This document shows positions 1 to 15,000 of a stretch of DNA of 64,000 nucleotides, piece after piece (positions within the stretch are counted from its first letter, which is position 1; every line of letters begins with the position of its first letter). Both the position numbers and the translations under genes were made by a program. The DNA is from Oopsacas minuta (lineage: Eukaryota; Animalia; Porifera). The notes under the pieces were generated by a model. The model was not told the DNA's origin, made no database searches, and was given only the letters and a program-made list of their open reading frames with translations. The stretch is from NCBI GenBank assembly GCA_024704765.1, contig JAKMXF010000322.1, forward strand, positions 248,001 through 312,000, in the 5' to 3' direction.

Positions 1-17
1 ATATTATAATCTTGTAG

Positions 18-3000
18 ATTTTTGGTTACCAACTGGACAAGACACTTACGCTCACACCGATCTCACTTTCTCAATCGGGAGCCTCACAAGCACGTCCACA
101 TACACAATTAATCCCGGTGTTGCCACCCACTTAGAAAGTATCATAATCACCCAATGGGTGTCTGTCAACAATCGTGATGTACGTGTAGTTTTGCAGGCCG
201 CAAACGATAATGATCAGACCAATATTGATCCCGCAACAATTCGAGTAGAAATTGATAGCCTAATAGACACTGTACCTTCAATTACAGGTGTTTGCACAGT
301 CAGCATTCCATCTGGCATTTGTTCAATTGTTCTTACCTTCCCTGAAAGTTGGCTATCCTCTCTAACGGAGGATTATCCTTACGCTATCTTGGTATCAGCC
401 CAATTATTTGATTCATTAACTATTCTCGGTCTTATTGATGCTCGTTATGAGGCTAGCTGTCCCTTCAATAACAATGTGTTCATCCACGTGCCGACATATT
501 CGCAGTTTTCAGGTTCATATGTATATATCCCTGTATATGGCAGAGCAACTGAAGGCATCAATAGCTATAGTATTGAGTTTTGGGATAGTTACTTATTGGA
601 ATTCGAAAGAGTTGAAAATTCAGAATATTTCATCTCAGAAGCAACTCTTGATTCTACCATTAGCGGTCATTTTTTCGTGTCAGGATCTACAACACGATTC
701 CCTATACAAGAAGGGACCATGGATTTACTGTTTACGGTTGTGTTGAAAGTACTCTCTTACAGTGAATGTCGAGATGAAACTTTGACTGCTCAAGTTATCT
801 TCCTATCAGATGGCCTACAACAATCTGTAAGTTTATATTCGTAAATATTTTGGCGGGGTTCCATGAGTGAAAAGTTAGGGGACGACAATCCCGATTGAAA
901 TACTTTTATTTTTAATATTTCACACATTTTTTGATAGCTTAACTTACCAATTCTAGAATTTTCATAATTTATATGTGTTATCCTATATTTGCAAGGTTAT
1001 TGGCAATGGAGCTGCTGCAGTTCATTACCCAACCTGTGGGACTAGCAGTTCAATTCGTGTCTGCCCGGATGATTCCCTAATATTATTCCCATATCTAACA
1101 TCTACTACACTTATCAACACAGAGAATATCGGCATACCAACGTCACCAACTCGCATCTATCTAAAGTCTGCTCTAAAGAGTGGTAAAGTTGTTGATGCAA
1201 ACGCTACGAATTGTTTATCTAGTGCACCTGGTGTTGCTGACTTATCAGCTGACTGTAAATGGGTAAGTTATATTACTGTTACATATTCTACAGATTGTCA
1301 CAACAATTATATATATTCCTATTTAGCTTACTTTCTCGAAAGCTCACAGTCAAGGAGCAGATAACTTCTTGCTAACTATTGAACAAGATAGCTTAACCAC
1401 AAGCATAACATTGGATATATGGTACCCACGATCTGTTACATACACAGATCAAAAGCAGGACGCATTAATCACAGACCCAGGAGCACAAGGTCGTAAACTA
1501 GTGCAGGGATACAGCACGTCCACCTGTGGTCTTGGCTACCAATCGCCAGAAATCTACGTTACAGCCGAATTCTGTGACGGATCATTTCTGAGTTGTCCCC
1601 ATAGACAGAATCTAGACATATCCCAGCTAGTACAGGATAGTATTACTTCGGAAGACGCCAATATACTTGACACAGTCAATGTGGGAGCTAGCATATACCT
1701 AGAGGTTTATCAACAAGGAGAAACTGGATTAGAACTCACTAATAGTCCAACGCATCGCATAACATTGAGCACAACTGGTAGCGTGACAACACAGGTCACA
1801 GATTTGGACGTACGCTTCTTTACTTCAATACAATCACTGGCTCCTGATTCAACTAATGCTACATTACTCGAGGCTACTGTTCAGCTAGCTACAGACTTTA
1901 CTATCCCTTATACACAGGCTATTGTTGTAGTGGATGCTGTGTTTGATGACGGATCTCGCATGAATCTTCGACCCGAACATGGCTTGGTTCTGTCATCAAC
2001 TAACGTGGATATTGTGGAGGTTATCAACGATGAAGAGGTTTGTTTATTGTTTGTTTTTGGCATTCCATGAGAAATTTGTTTCAGCTCCACATAATGTCCA
2101 TCTAAGCATGCGGGCGGGGTGGTGGTGGAGCTGAAACAATTTTCGTATTAACTTTAGTGTCTTACATATTATTCATATCTAGATTCGTGTTACTGGACCT
2201 GGACATGATCGTTACCTAGTCGCAACATGGAATTCCCCTTGTAACGGTAACGAAATATTTTCTAAACCAACAGTTATTCAAGTTGAATTTGACACTCCCG
2301 AAAGAATCGAACTTACAATAGATGAACCCACGATTGTCCGTGCTACAGACCCTGCATTCTTGTTCGGATACCCTTCGACTACAAATTTCTCTGTTATAGC
2401 ATACTTCAGTGGAAATCGTACTCTTGATATAACGGTGGATACGAAATGGGTCGCGATAAATGCTGACTCGTCAGTCGTTACTATTACTGGTAATCAAATT
2501 GCTATTAATCCTATTAATGCAATATATTCTGGAGATGTTACTCTAAATGCGAATTATAATTTCTTCAACTTGGCCAACTTTGCAGACTCTCAGTCCTTAA
2601 CTATCGCACGTTCTATTGGCATTTCTCTAGAACTTAGACCGTATCCAGCATTTCCAGGCAGTGAGCTAATGTCTGTCAGCACATCTCAAATATACCCCAA
2701 CACTTCAATGCGTCAGAGTTCTATCTTAGCAACGAGTCTGGATCTTAGTAATGGCGACCAAATACCGATTACACCAAATGGTACTTATACACTCAGTGAC
2801 TCCAATCTAGCAACCATAGACGGAGCAACCCTACAACCTGTTCAAGCTGGTAATCTAATTATTACAGCTGTCTTCTCCATTTATAATAGGAGCAAAACTT
2901 TGGACATACAAGACATTGATCTCTCCACTGTAACCTTTAGTGTTAGTGTAGTGAATATTGTTGGTAATACACTTCAAGGTATTGTTGGCTCAGAAAGTAA

Positions 3001-6000
3001 TTTTATTGGTGATGCGACGTTTGCTAATACATTTGGCGTAGAGTTTGTATTCCCTGAATTGTTCAATGAGGGGACCCCAGCCCTTCCTGGCTTCTTAACT
3101 TTTGAATCCGACGATCCATCTACGATTTCTATCGATGCCCAGACTGGTGTCGTAACTCTAGGACAGAATTCTATTGAGAATATGGTGATATTATCCGCGA
3201 CTACGGCGAATACTACCAAATTTACTTCTTTATTTGCTAACCTTCAACCAGAATTGGGAGATATTGATATTGGAGATGAGTTTGGTGTACCTATTCCACC
3301 AAAAACTGTAAGTTATGAGTTTCATTTACATTATCCCCCCTTTAACTAACAATTATAATCATTTGTAGTTCCTTCTCCTAAAATGCCTCTTATTCCTTCA
3401 CACAAATATGTTTAGTATTACAATAAGGATATCCTCGAATTCCCTTATAACATTTTGATAATCTGTCTGAAAAGTTTATTCCAATAAAATATTCAGTGAA
3501 ACTTCCATAAATGGGCAGTGGAAACTGAGTGAAAATTATATAGACCGAATTCCGATTCCCCTACAATTGAACCTCTACATTAACTGGGTAACCTTTTTCA
3601 GCGTTCTGGAACACGTTAATGGACGTTACCCTGTAATACATATTCGTTATTACTTCCTCTATTTTCTAGCTTTTTACACCATTCACTATTCCAATCTACC
3701 TTAATACAGATGGAAAAACCCTCGGTCTGGTTGATGTTTCGATAAATTTTCCAAACGGTAGCTTTTCATTTGTATCATTTACCCGAGGTCAAGATTGGCT
3801 GCAAGGAGATGTGTTTTACAACTCTGATCCAAAATATGATTTTTTCAACTTTGGTGGGTTAGTTGGAAACCTGGCAAACCCAGGGAGAATGCTTTTATGC
3901 GATCTAGAATTACTACCCTTAACAATTGGGACATACCAATTGGAAATTACAATCAATCAATTATCCGAGAAATCTCTAATTGTTGAAGAAATCGGAGATT
4001 TTATCGGGATGAATTCAATTTCGACACAGCACTCCATTGTTGTTACATCAGGATCCCGATCTGTCGAGACAAATTTCTTCCCAGTAGAGCGCCGGTTCAG
4101 AAGGATTGCCCCTGCACTCACACTTGGGGATATTAATGGTGACGGCTCTTTCGATATGAACGATGCTCAATTCTTGTCGTTGAGTTTACTAGCTACCTCA
4201 GATTTTTCTTCTGAGCAACTGGAATTGTCAGATTTAGATTTGAATGGGGAAATTAATTCGAATGACGTCACCTACCTTATCAAAGTTAATTTCGGCTTAC
4301 TACCATTCTTGTACAACTTCGTGCTGCTACCAGCTGATGATCCATTTTCAAATTGTGTCCTTACAGTTAGTGTATCTGCTTATGACTTTGATGGGCCTGT
4401 TGATGATTCCAGGATAAATATATTTGCTCTATTCATAACCAATGATACAGATTTTCATACTCAGTATGATTTAACTTCACTGGAATACGGAACCAAAACA
4501 AATACAGACTTTTCAACCCCAGTGAATGGAAAATGGGTTTCACTTGAAACTAATCCCAATGCGACAGATAATTTTGTCCTCCGTACTGACTTGAATGACA
4601 TAAACTCTACAGACATAGGTCTTGCTATTCACATTGTGTATTTCCCAGCCTATACAGAGATATATACAATATTCCTATCTGGCATTCAGACAGACTCATC
4701 TCCTTTATACCCATCATTTTTTGATATCATCGAGCTTGCTGATGTATCTCAATCAATAGAATTCACACCATTACGCGTGTTTGATAACACAATTCCAGAG
4801 GGCGTATGCTTCAATTACCATCCTCCCATATTCGATCAACTCGCCTACCCTATAACTACTCCACTCTCTGAGAATCATCCCATCAATTCCCTGATTGAAG
4901 TTGTTAGAGCTACTGATCAAGACACGAATATTAATGGTGTTATTCGATACTCTATAAATGCGATTAATTTCGCTGGAATCACTCAATCACCTTATCCACC
5001 AGTTCCAGTATCAGTCGACCCCATAAATGGATCAGTTTATGTAATTGGAGAGTTAGACCGTGACCTTTATGCAAGAATAGAATTTGTGATCTGGGCCATT
5101 GACCAAGGACCCCACCTTTCATCTCGTTACACCGCTACGACAACAATCCAAATCCTCACAATCGTTGACGTCAATGATAATGCACCCCTATTCGTATCAA
5201 ATCTCTTGTTCAATATAAATGAGAACACACCACCAACCACGCAAGTAGGCACTGTTACAGCCACTGATTCCGATGCCACTTCTCCCAATAATCAAGTCAC
5301 ATACTTAGTTGATGGTTCTTCAGGGCCATTTGTTGTATCCCAGACTGGAGTTATTACCGTAGGTCAATTTATCGACATTGATAACGGAAATCCTAGCGAA
5401 TACACATTTACAGTGATTGCAAGAGACGGCGGAAATCCTACATTATCATCAACAGCTAATGCCACTGTGAATATTAACGATCTTAACGATATAGCTCCCG
5501 AATTCCTGCCGCCATTCATTCTGAATATTCCCGAAGATGCTGCTACAAGCACTGTTATCGGTACAATACGAGCAAGGGATAATGATACTGATATTGCTCA
5601 TGCACAATTTACTTATTCTATAACTGGCGTTAAGTTGCTTGACGGAGATAAGAATCCTGTTAATCCAGATCTACTAAGTATGAACTTATTCTCCATAGAT
5701 GAAGATACAGGCAATTTGACATTGGAACAAGTAAGTTTGATTTATCCAAAAATTCTCGTATTTTGTAAATTTCAAATACTTTTTCGAATTGGTATTACTG
5801 TGGCAGACTGTACCATATATGTATAGCAGCCATAGCCCACAAATTGTCGATTTCATTGAAGGAAATGTGATAGCCTGATCCCAAAAATCTTCACGACAAT
5901 TTTCACACATTTATTCATATACGTATATTCAGGTTGTAATTTTGATATTTAAAAGCAGTTTTAAGAGCTTAAAATTGTGATTTTAAATGATTTGTGATTT

Positions 6001-9000
6001 TCTCTAGCCTTTGGATATTGAAACTGCTCAAGGCTACGAACTATTGATAAAAGCAACTGATCTTGATGTGGCAAATCAACTCGACTCATTTTCCACTTAT
6101 TACCTCTATGTCTGTGATGTAAACGATAATGCACCAATATTCCCACGAACTTCTTACTTAATTGACCTCCAAGAAATTACGAATGTTGGCGAAGCTGTGT
6201 TTTCAACTGGGAAAATTGACGCAGATTTTGGTTCATATTGTGGCACTGACACTGCACTCACAAACAATAATTATCTACTTAACATCACTATAGTGAACAG
6301 TGATCCATCCATATTTACAGTAGATAACGACCTGCAGGCCATTACCCTCCTTACAGAAGTCGACTTCGAAGCCCTTGGCACACAAACTTACTCTCTTATT
6401 ATACAAGTTGATGACATATCGCCTCCTTTCCAACCAAATCGAACGAATTTAACCATCACACTCGTAGACTCAAATGATAATGCACCGATTTTCGATGATC
6501 GATCATATTTCGCTGAAGTCCCAGAAGGATTGAAAAATGGTACTGAAGCTTTTATCACCGTCTCTGCAACAGATGAGGACTCCGGCTTAAACGGAGACGT
6601 AAAATTCAGAATTCTATCAATCTCACCTCCTCAAAATTTCACCATCGACGTAGATACAGGCGATATTACCACAGATGGGGTAATTACATTGGATGCTGAT
6701 GCCAATGACACACTATATACCTTATTAGTTGTGGCATATGACTTGGGTGTCCCAGAACAAAATGCTACTGTTACTGCAGAGATTTTAGTCACTAATACAA
6801 ATGATAATGTGCCAAAATTCGTCGACGTGGATGAGACTATAATTGAGAGCGCTTCTATTACTGTATTTGAAGATATTCCCAAGAATACAGCAGTTTATAC
6901 AGCACGTGCTGTTGATGGAGACCAAGATTTCCTGTATTTTTCAATTTCAAACGATCCAACAGGTACATTCACTATTGGTGAGATATCTGGTATAGTGTAT
7001 TCGGCAGCAGATGATTATTGTAATGACACAAGCTATACTTTGGCTGTAATTACAATTGAAGTGAGAGACCGTCTCGATCTTTCTGCAGCGAAATTTGCAA
7101 CCCTACCTCTTACTATTAACGTGGTTGATGTTAATTCCAATGCCCCACAATTTTGTCCATCCGTGTTCCCAGTTACTGCACCGTCTCCTCTCGTAAGCGG
7201 CGCTACCATTGGCGAATTAACACCATTTGATATTGACAGATGTAACAAGGGATTTGTATATTCAATTATCGGTGGCGCTGATGCTGGTAAATTCACATTC
7301 AACGTAAATAACCTTGAGACTACAACCGGCATTACCTTTACTGAGGGAGAAGAATTTGAGATTGAGGTAATGGTTAGTGATACAGGCTCTACAAATGTTC
7401 TTAGTTCAACTGCGACCGTTTTAATTGTGTTAACACAATTTGTACCAATCGAATTGGAAATTACAAACGGATATCTCACTTCCCTACCTAGTTACAGTCA
7501 ATACAGTGTAACTCAAGAGTCGGATTTGTTCACTCAAATTTCCCCCAATTTGGACGGATCCGTTTCTGCATCGCTTGGCACTCTAACTGATACTTTCAAG
7601 TTCAAACATACACCATTGCCAGCCACTGACTTCAAAGTTGATCTGATTTGTCCGATCTTATACGGTGACGTTGGTTATAACTTCCTATGGGTTTCTATCC
7701 AACGCAGGACTGAGCTTCAATCCACCGATATTGATGGTGATACTCAAATTATGGTAAAAGCTGAAAATGGGCCTCTGATTGTTGAAGAAATATTCACGAT
7801 TTCAGATCCAAATGGAATTGAAATTTTACAAATTCAATTTGAAGCTTCGTGGTTTGATATACCGTACAATCAGGATCTAAATTTGGAAATCAGTCTCGTA
7901 AGCACACCAGAGATTTCCCGTAACATTTCCTTCGAAATTAATCCATACTACGATTTACCAGACATTGATCCTTCTCTCGGTAACCTAATCTTTAGAATCC
8001 CTCAACGCAATCTATATCCAGGAGATATATTCCAGATTGAAGTGTATGGAGAAGCTTTAGGCTCAGAATTAGATAGTTTAGGTTTCTCAATTACATCCGA
8101 TAGCAGTGACATCACTTTCCTCAGCGTGGACGCCATACCTGGATGGTCTGTCGGATTTAGTTCCACCGGATTGACGGCAAATATCGCGGCATTCAGGGCT
8201 TCCCCAGGCACTGTAGAGGGCAAAAGATACTTATCGATCGATGCTCGAGTTGAGAACACGATTTCAGCTAGTCAAGTTGATGTCAGGATTAGTTACACGA
8301 TTGTACAGCTAAGTACAGCCCTCGAAGCTAGCGTACCATTGGAATCAACTCGATATGTCATTTCATATGAAGGGATAGCTGAATCTGGCCTACTTTTTAT
8401 AATACGTAAGTTTGTATCTGCAGTATACGCGGTTGCTAGTACACCACACATTGTCAATACAGCAGTGCTAACCAATAATCCAGTATTTCTATCCTATTCC
8501 GCAAATGCTGTTGTAGCGAGTGCTACGCCTTATCTAACGAATAACGTCGAAATTCTTTCGTGCACCAGTAATACAGGTGTAATTGAAACTGATTCAGGTT
8601 GTAATGCAAGACTTACCCCATCGACTGTGCCAACCAACGACCTTGAAAAACTCACTCTCACAATAAGCGTTAATGACCCTGACGTGATAGAGAGTCAATC
8701 TGATAACGCTAGTTATAGAATATGGACACCTTCTCTGGACGATATATCACTAGATGTCACTGATTCAACATTGAGTATTATTTCAAACTACGAACGCAGA
8801 GTCGCTGGTACCTGTTTATCTGTTTATCAAGAAGCGGACATATATGCTACTACAACACTCCAATACCCAACCGGATCTCCTGTGACAATCCGAATTGAAC
8901 AGCTGATCGCTGACCAGATTAGTCTAACACCTGATACTAGAATACAAAGGACTGGAACTACTATAACAGGATTAGCAGCTGGGGTAACTACACTTACATA

Positions 9001-12000
9001 CGGCTCAAAAACAGTCGAGGTAACCACATCTGCCACGCCAGTGAATGTAGATAGATTGAATGTACTCGCTGCTACAGGTATTACATTTTCACCTGATACT
9101 GAACCTAATTATCCAGTTGTTGGTACACAAAGTGTTGAAGTTGGATATGAACAAGTTTTAGATAGACCTGGCTTAACTGCAGCACTAATTGCCTATGCTA
9201 AATTCAGTGACGGTAATCATAGAATCGTTACGTCATCAGATGGCGTAGAATTCAGTTCCTCAGAGCCTACAGTCGCTACTGTAAGTGGATCAACACTGTC
9301 TATCACTGGGGAAGGAGCTGGTTGTTATATCGGCGTAATTTGGTCATCTCTTGATTCATGTCCAGGTGAAGTTGGTTCGGGAGAAGGATTCATTAATGTA
9401 GAGTTCGATGAACCGGACGACATCCAGTTAATTTTAACTGAAACCGAACTAGTACACATGGCTGATGAAGCTAGTGACCTGCTACCGCTAGAAACCGCGA
9501 TAACCGTCCGTCTCGTATACGGTAGTAACACAATTGATTTGACATCAGATTCAAGAACAGAGTATAGTTTTGAGAATTCGCGATTCCCCCTAACCGAGAT
9601 TGATTGTGGGGTTAATTGTAGAAAGTTTTCGGTCCAAAATCCTGATCATTCCGGCATAGCTACTATTCGTGTCAAATTCTCACATATCACTGCTTTCAAA
9701 GAAATTTTATTAGATATTTATAAATCGATTCGAATAGACTTTTCTTTTACACATGAACCAGCTTTCCCAGGTGCTTCTACCGCCAATGTTTTCCCTCTCA
9801 ACCCGATTGAGGATACAGGTATATTCCAAAAAGCTTCGGTCTCAGTTGACCTAATCCTTGAATCTGGTTTGAAGAGTCAGAATTTTGAGATTTCAACATC
9901 CTCTGATCTTTCCCTCACCACTAATGGTTCTAATATTCTTACGGTGGTGGATCTCATCCTATTGCCTCAGCAAAGCGGGGCTGCTTTATTGACTGGCGAC
10001 TTCAAATCCTTGTCCACTTCTAGAGAAATAATAATAAGTTCCATGTCTGTGGAAGTGGTTGATATTAGTGCTCTATTCTTTACAGACGGCGGCACTTTAT
10101 CTGGACAACAGGGTAATGAAGCGGATAGGTTTCTGATCAATATTGGATTGGATGATGGAACTTTTGTAAATGATATTTTCGCTTCTGGGAGCAACTATCT
10201 TCCCGATTTGTTAACATTCTCTTTTACTAATTACTTCTCGCTTAATGAAATGACCGGAATTTTGGTTATCAACGACAATTCACCTCGCGAAATTCTATAC
10301 ACAATAAGCTCAGATTTTCATATGGAAACATTCACATTCTACGCCAATCTGGAAGCATCCAATGGTGATTTGGATTTTGGTAAACAAACTGGATTACCCA
10401 TTGACCAGCCTGATGGTACAGCGACATCATTTAGTGCACCACTCATGATAAACAGTGGGAAATTGGTAGATGGTACGAAACGTGGCTTAGGTGGTGTAAA
10501 TGGCTACATTGAATTTGATGAGAATATATTTGAAGTAACATCTTTCACGAAACACTTATCATGGCCTGGAGATGTCCTAGATGTCAATATTGATTCTACC
10601 CCCGGACGTGTGTTATTTTCCGCACCTCTGAAAGCCTCTGAGTCTGAAGTTTTCGCGAGTTTATCAGACTCTGTTGAGATTTTCTCTATCGATATGAATT
10701 ACAAATCTGGAATAACTGGTTCCACATTCGACAGCACAGAGATTGTGACGTATATTGAAGATATGGTAGACAGTAGTACACCACCGAGTTCTATTGTAGA
10801 CGATGCCCAGGCAATCGCTGGTACTTTCTCCATTGGAAATATCACTCAGGGGGTCTCTAGACGTAGTGTAGGAATAGAGCCGGCTCGCACTAAGAGACAA
10901 ACTGATTGCGGTGGGAGCCTTGCGCCTGGCGACACTGACGGTGATTGTAGGTTTACAGTAGCCGATGTAACCTATGCTCTGAATTATATTGTAGAAGCTG
11001 CCGGTAATTTCCCTACGCCTGGAACTTATTACAGTGGAGCTAAACAGAGACAGTTAGATGAATTGGACCCGACTTTAGATGGCCTTATTAACTCAAACGA
11101 TCCAAGATATCTGAATAGGATAATAGTCGGTTTCCTTCCCTTCGTGCGGGATGTAGTCATTTTATCCACTCACGAATTTCTCCTATCTAACTGTAGAATT
11201 AGAATAGAAGCTACTATTCTTGATAAATCCAATTCATCGATAATAAATTCGAGGGAAGTTGCATTTTACGCTGGACTATTCGCGACAGAGCCTGCATTCG
11301 AAACAGATATATCAGCTGTTATTCCAGAGTCTAGTTATGGAAGCCAAGTTTCTGACACAGATCAGGATACGAATTTCCACGGTCAGTTCTATAGAACTGA
11401 ATATAACGATGGTAGATATCGTCTCCAATTACGCCCTGAGTTCGATAGTGACTATGATGAGATTGCTGTAATTTTAGCTGTTGCAACCATTAATAACCAA
11501 CTTGAAACTAGCCCAGAAAGAAGCTCAACTTTCTTTATTAATAGCAACACTCAGAAGAAATTCGCTCAAACTTTCTCGAAGACAATAATTGACAATACTG
11601 TATCACTTCAAGTACAGAAAACTGGTGGATTTAATCCATTACGTACTATATCCTACAACCTGACCTATAGTCAATGTAATAACGAGGCGAAACCAAATTT
11701 CACACAACCCTTCTATACTGGCACAGTTCGTGAAGATGCGTTTACAGGTTACGTTGTTTTACAAGTCATGGCTACTGATTCAGACAATTTCACTAATGCA
11801 GAGCTCGAATACTCACTGCCTTCACAACAAGTTAATGGTAAATTCACGATAAATTCAACTACTGGTGAAATATCTGTAGCTGATAGTCTAGATCGTGAGC
11901 TTGAGGATATCTATGAATTCACAGTTACTGCAAAAGACAAAGGTATCTCTCAAGTGCGAACTGGAGATGTTGATGTGAATATTACTATCCTTGATGTCAA

Positions 12001-15000
12001 TGATAATTCCCCGATATTCGAGTTTGACTTCTACGGATTTTATGAATTCTTTGAAAACGCTACATTAGGAACTTTAGTAGTAGTAGTTAAAGCTACTGAT
12101 GAGGATATTCTAAACAACGGACTGATCACCTATAGTCTAGATATGGATTGCGCCAAATATTTTAATGTGTCGAATAGTGGGACTGTAAGTATCGCCAATC
12201 CTTTAGATTATGAAGATGTCCAGGCTTTCCAATGCACCATTATTGCAACTGATAATGGTGTCACACCTAGGAACGACACCACTGACATCAACGTTGAAAT
12301 TAAACCTCTAAATGATTTGCCTCCCCAGTGCCCTCCAACTGTCGAGTTGTCGTTTGCTGCAAACGCGCCTAGAGACCATATTATTGCTATTTTGACCGCT
12401 AAAGATGATGACATAGGTCTTGACCATAATACTTTAGCTTACGAACTTGTTAATTCACACAATGGTTTATTTTATATAAATCAAATCTCTAATAATCAAG
12501 TTGAACTGAGGACAAATATCACTAGATACAACCCAGGTGAAATATACTACGTCACGCTCAATGTAACAGATTTAGTATGGCATTATTGTGTTACCCAGGT
12601 CACTATATTTGTTGAAGAAAGCTCCTACTTCGATTTCAGCTTCAGTGTCCCTAAAATCGCATATTTCCGTTCGCAGTCGCGATACAATTTTGTGGACGAG
12701 GTTTACGAACAAGATATTGGATTCTTTGTGGAAGACAAAGACACAACCAGTTTCGATGCATTTGGTGAACGAGCTGGACAAACTCGAAGCGCTAGGATCA
12801 CGAAGGCACCTCAAGAAGCATTCAGTGTAACAGGAGTAGTCCGTGGCTCTGATAATATTAACTACGATAGTCCTTGGGTAAGAGTGACTGCTCAATTTTC
12901 AAGTGAATCGGGTTCCACATACCTAAACGCCCCAACCAGTGCTTACATATCAATAACCTCCAATAATAGAGGGCTAGTAGACACAGCAGCTATTTGTTCT
13001 GTGGGTGTATTAACTGATGGTATTTGTACAGGAACAGTCGTGCTATCTTCCGAATGGTTCATGTTTGATGATATGGCAGGTGTTAGTATTACCCTAAACG
13101 GAATTGAAACCTACATTCAGGATATAGGTATAATTGTACAACCAAGCATCGATTCTTCTACAACTCAGAATCTAATGCTATCTGTACCGCATCGTGAGTT
13201 GTTCCCTTCAGACGAGTTTGAAGTTGTACTCAGTGCTTACACATATTATGAGCCTATTGGATACACAGTGGATATCGGTTACACAGCCGCCCAGCTTAGC
13301 ACAGTCGTCACACCGCACTATACACCCTCTCCCGGATGGCAGTGTACTCTAAATTCTATGTCTGAGAATAATTCTGTAGTTGAGAGATACGTTTGTGTTT
13401 TCCCTAATACTGATGATCTCGATCAAGGTCGTGTCGATAAATACACAGAACTTCTCACTATAAGATTCAAACTGAGTGCTGGTGCAACAGGTGGAGCCGT
13501 AGAATTTGAAACAAATGGTATTTCCCTTACCGCTATCAACGCGATTGTCTACAGTACTACATCTGGTGCGTCGATACACAAATATGATTCTAATGGATTT
13601 GTAGCTGCAGGTTCCGCGACGAATTATCCTTCAATTTATTTCCAAGAGGATTCAGAGATTCATGTTTTTGGATTTGTAGAAGATAGTGAGATTCTTAACG
13701 ATCTGCAAATTCTTGATGTCGCTACGAAAACAATTTCCGCTGGTATTGCGGTGAAAGGTGTTCGTAAGAACCCAGACACTCCACCAGCACTATTACTTAT
13801 TTCCGATTTCACATGTGAATCAAGTGATCAAACGGTTTTGAAAGTGTCGAACTGTATGCCTTTCCTCGATACTGAGACTGTCACTGGTAGTGATTCTGTA
13901 TCAGTAGAAATCTCTAGATCTGGTCAAATCATCACAACTGTACTATTCAGAGTTTGGATCCCTAGATTAATAACCGGAAACTATTTGGATGTTACTTTCT
14001 CAGACTCGATATTACAACCTATCTCAACATGTCCAGGTTTATACCAACAAACACGTGTCATTATACGCGCAGAATTCGAAACACCAAGCGAAGATCTTAG
14101 CGTTTTATACTCAGATTTCAGTGATATTTCAATTTCAATTCAGAGAAGCGAAGTTGCTCTTTACTCAAATGGAATTGTCACTGTAAACTCTAGTTTCTCT
14201 GAAACTTCCATCACAAATGTTCCCCTGTTTGTAATGAAAGGAGCTACTTCCATTGCTCAAGCTACTCTCACTGTCGATCCAACTTCAAATGTTACCCTTG
14301 AGGTCATTATACCTGAAGTTTTCACAGAAATGACTTTAGAATCCGCCCCAAGCGAAATTACAGATCTCTCTGGTGAAAGGCTATTTATCCGCGCTAAGCT
14401 AACTCAGAATTGTGACGCTGATCTGAAACCAAACTACGTCAGCACCAAAGCTATATTCAGTGACGGGCACACACAGGTGTTGGATAATCTCGTCAGTGAA
14501 TTGGAACTGAAACCATACCCTCTTATCCTCAGACACGCCTCTGGGCTAACACTAGAAGCTTACGGGTCAGGAAGTGGTCCTGTTGAAGTATGTTGGCAAT
14601 GTTCAGCTAATGCTGAGAAATGTGGTGAAACTAGTGTAACATGTTCTATTCCTCCTCCTGATGCCCAATACTTTGAAATTGACTCCCCCAAAATTGCCTT
14701 CCCATTTTCTGTAGCTGATTTAGCTGGCTATGCTAGTGTTGCTACCATTACGGTTATATCGCTTCAATACGGTTCCGAAATTAAAGATCTCCGTTTCGAT
14801 GATAGAACAATGATTACTATTGATGACCCTGAAGAGTTATTTTATTTCAATGACATAACTTTAGAATTTACCGCCCGTACGTCCACGCAATCTGGGTCCG
14901 CTAATATCAGTGTTACTTTCTCACAAGCACCTGACGTGGTCCTTACATCCGTATTACAACTTGTTAGGCATCAAGCCATTGTAGTAACTCTTTCGCCATT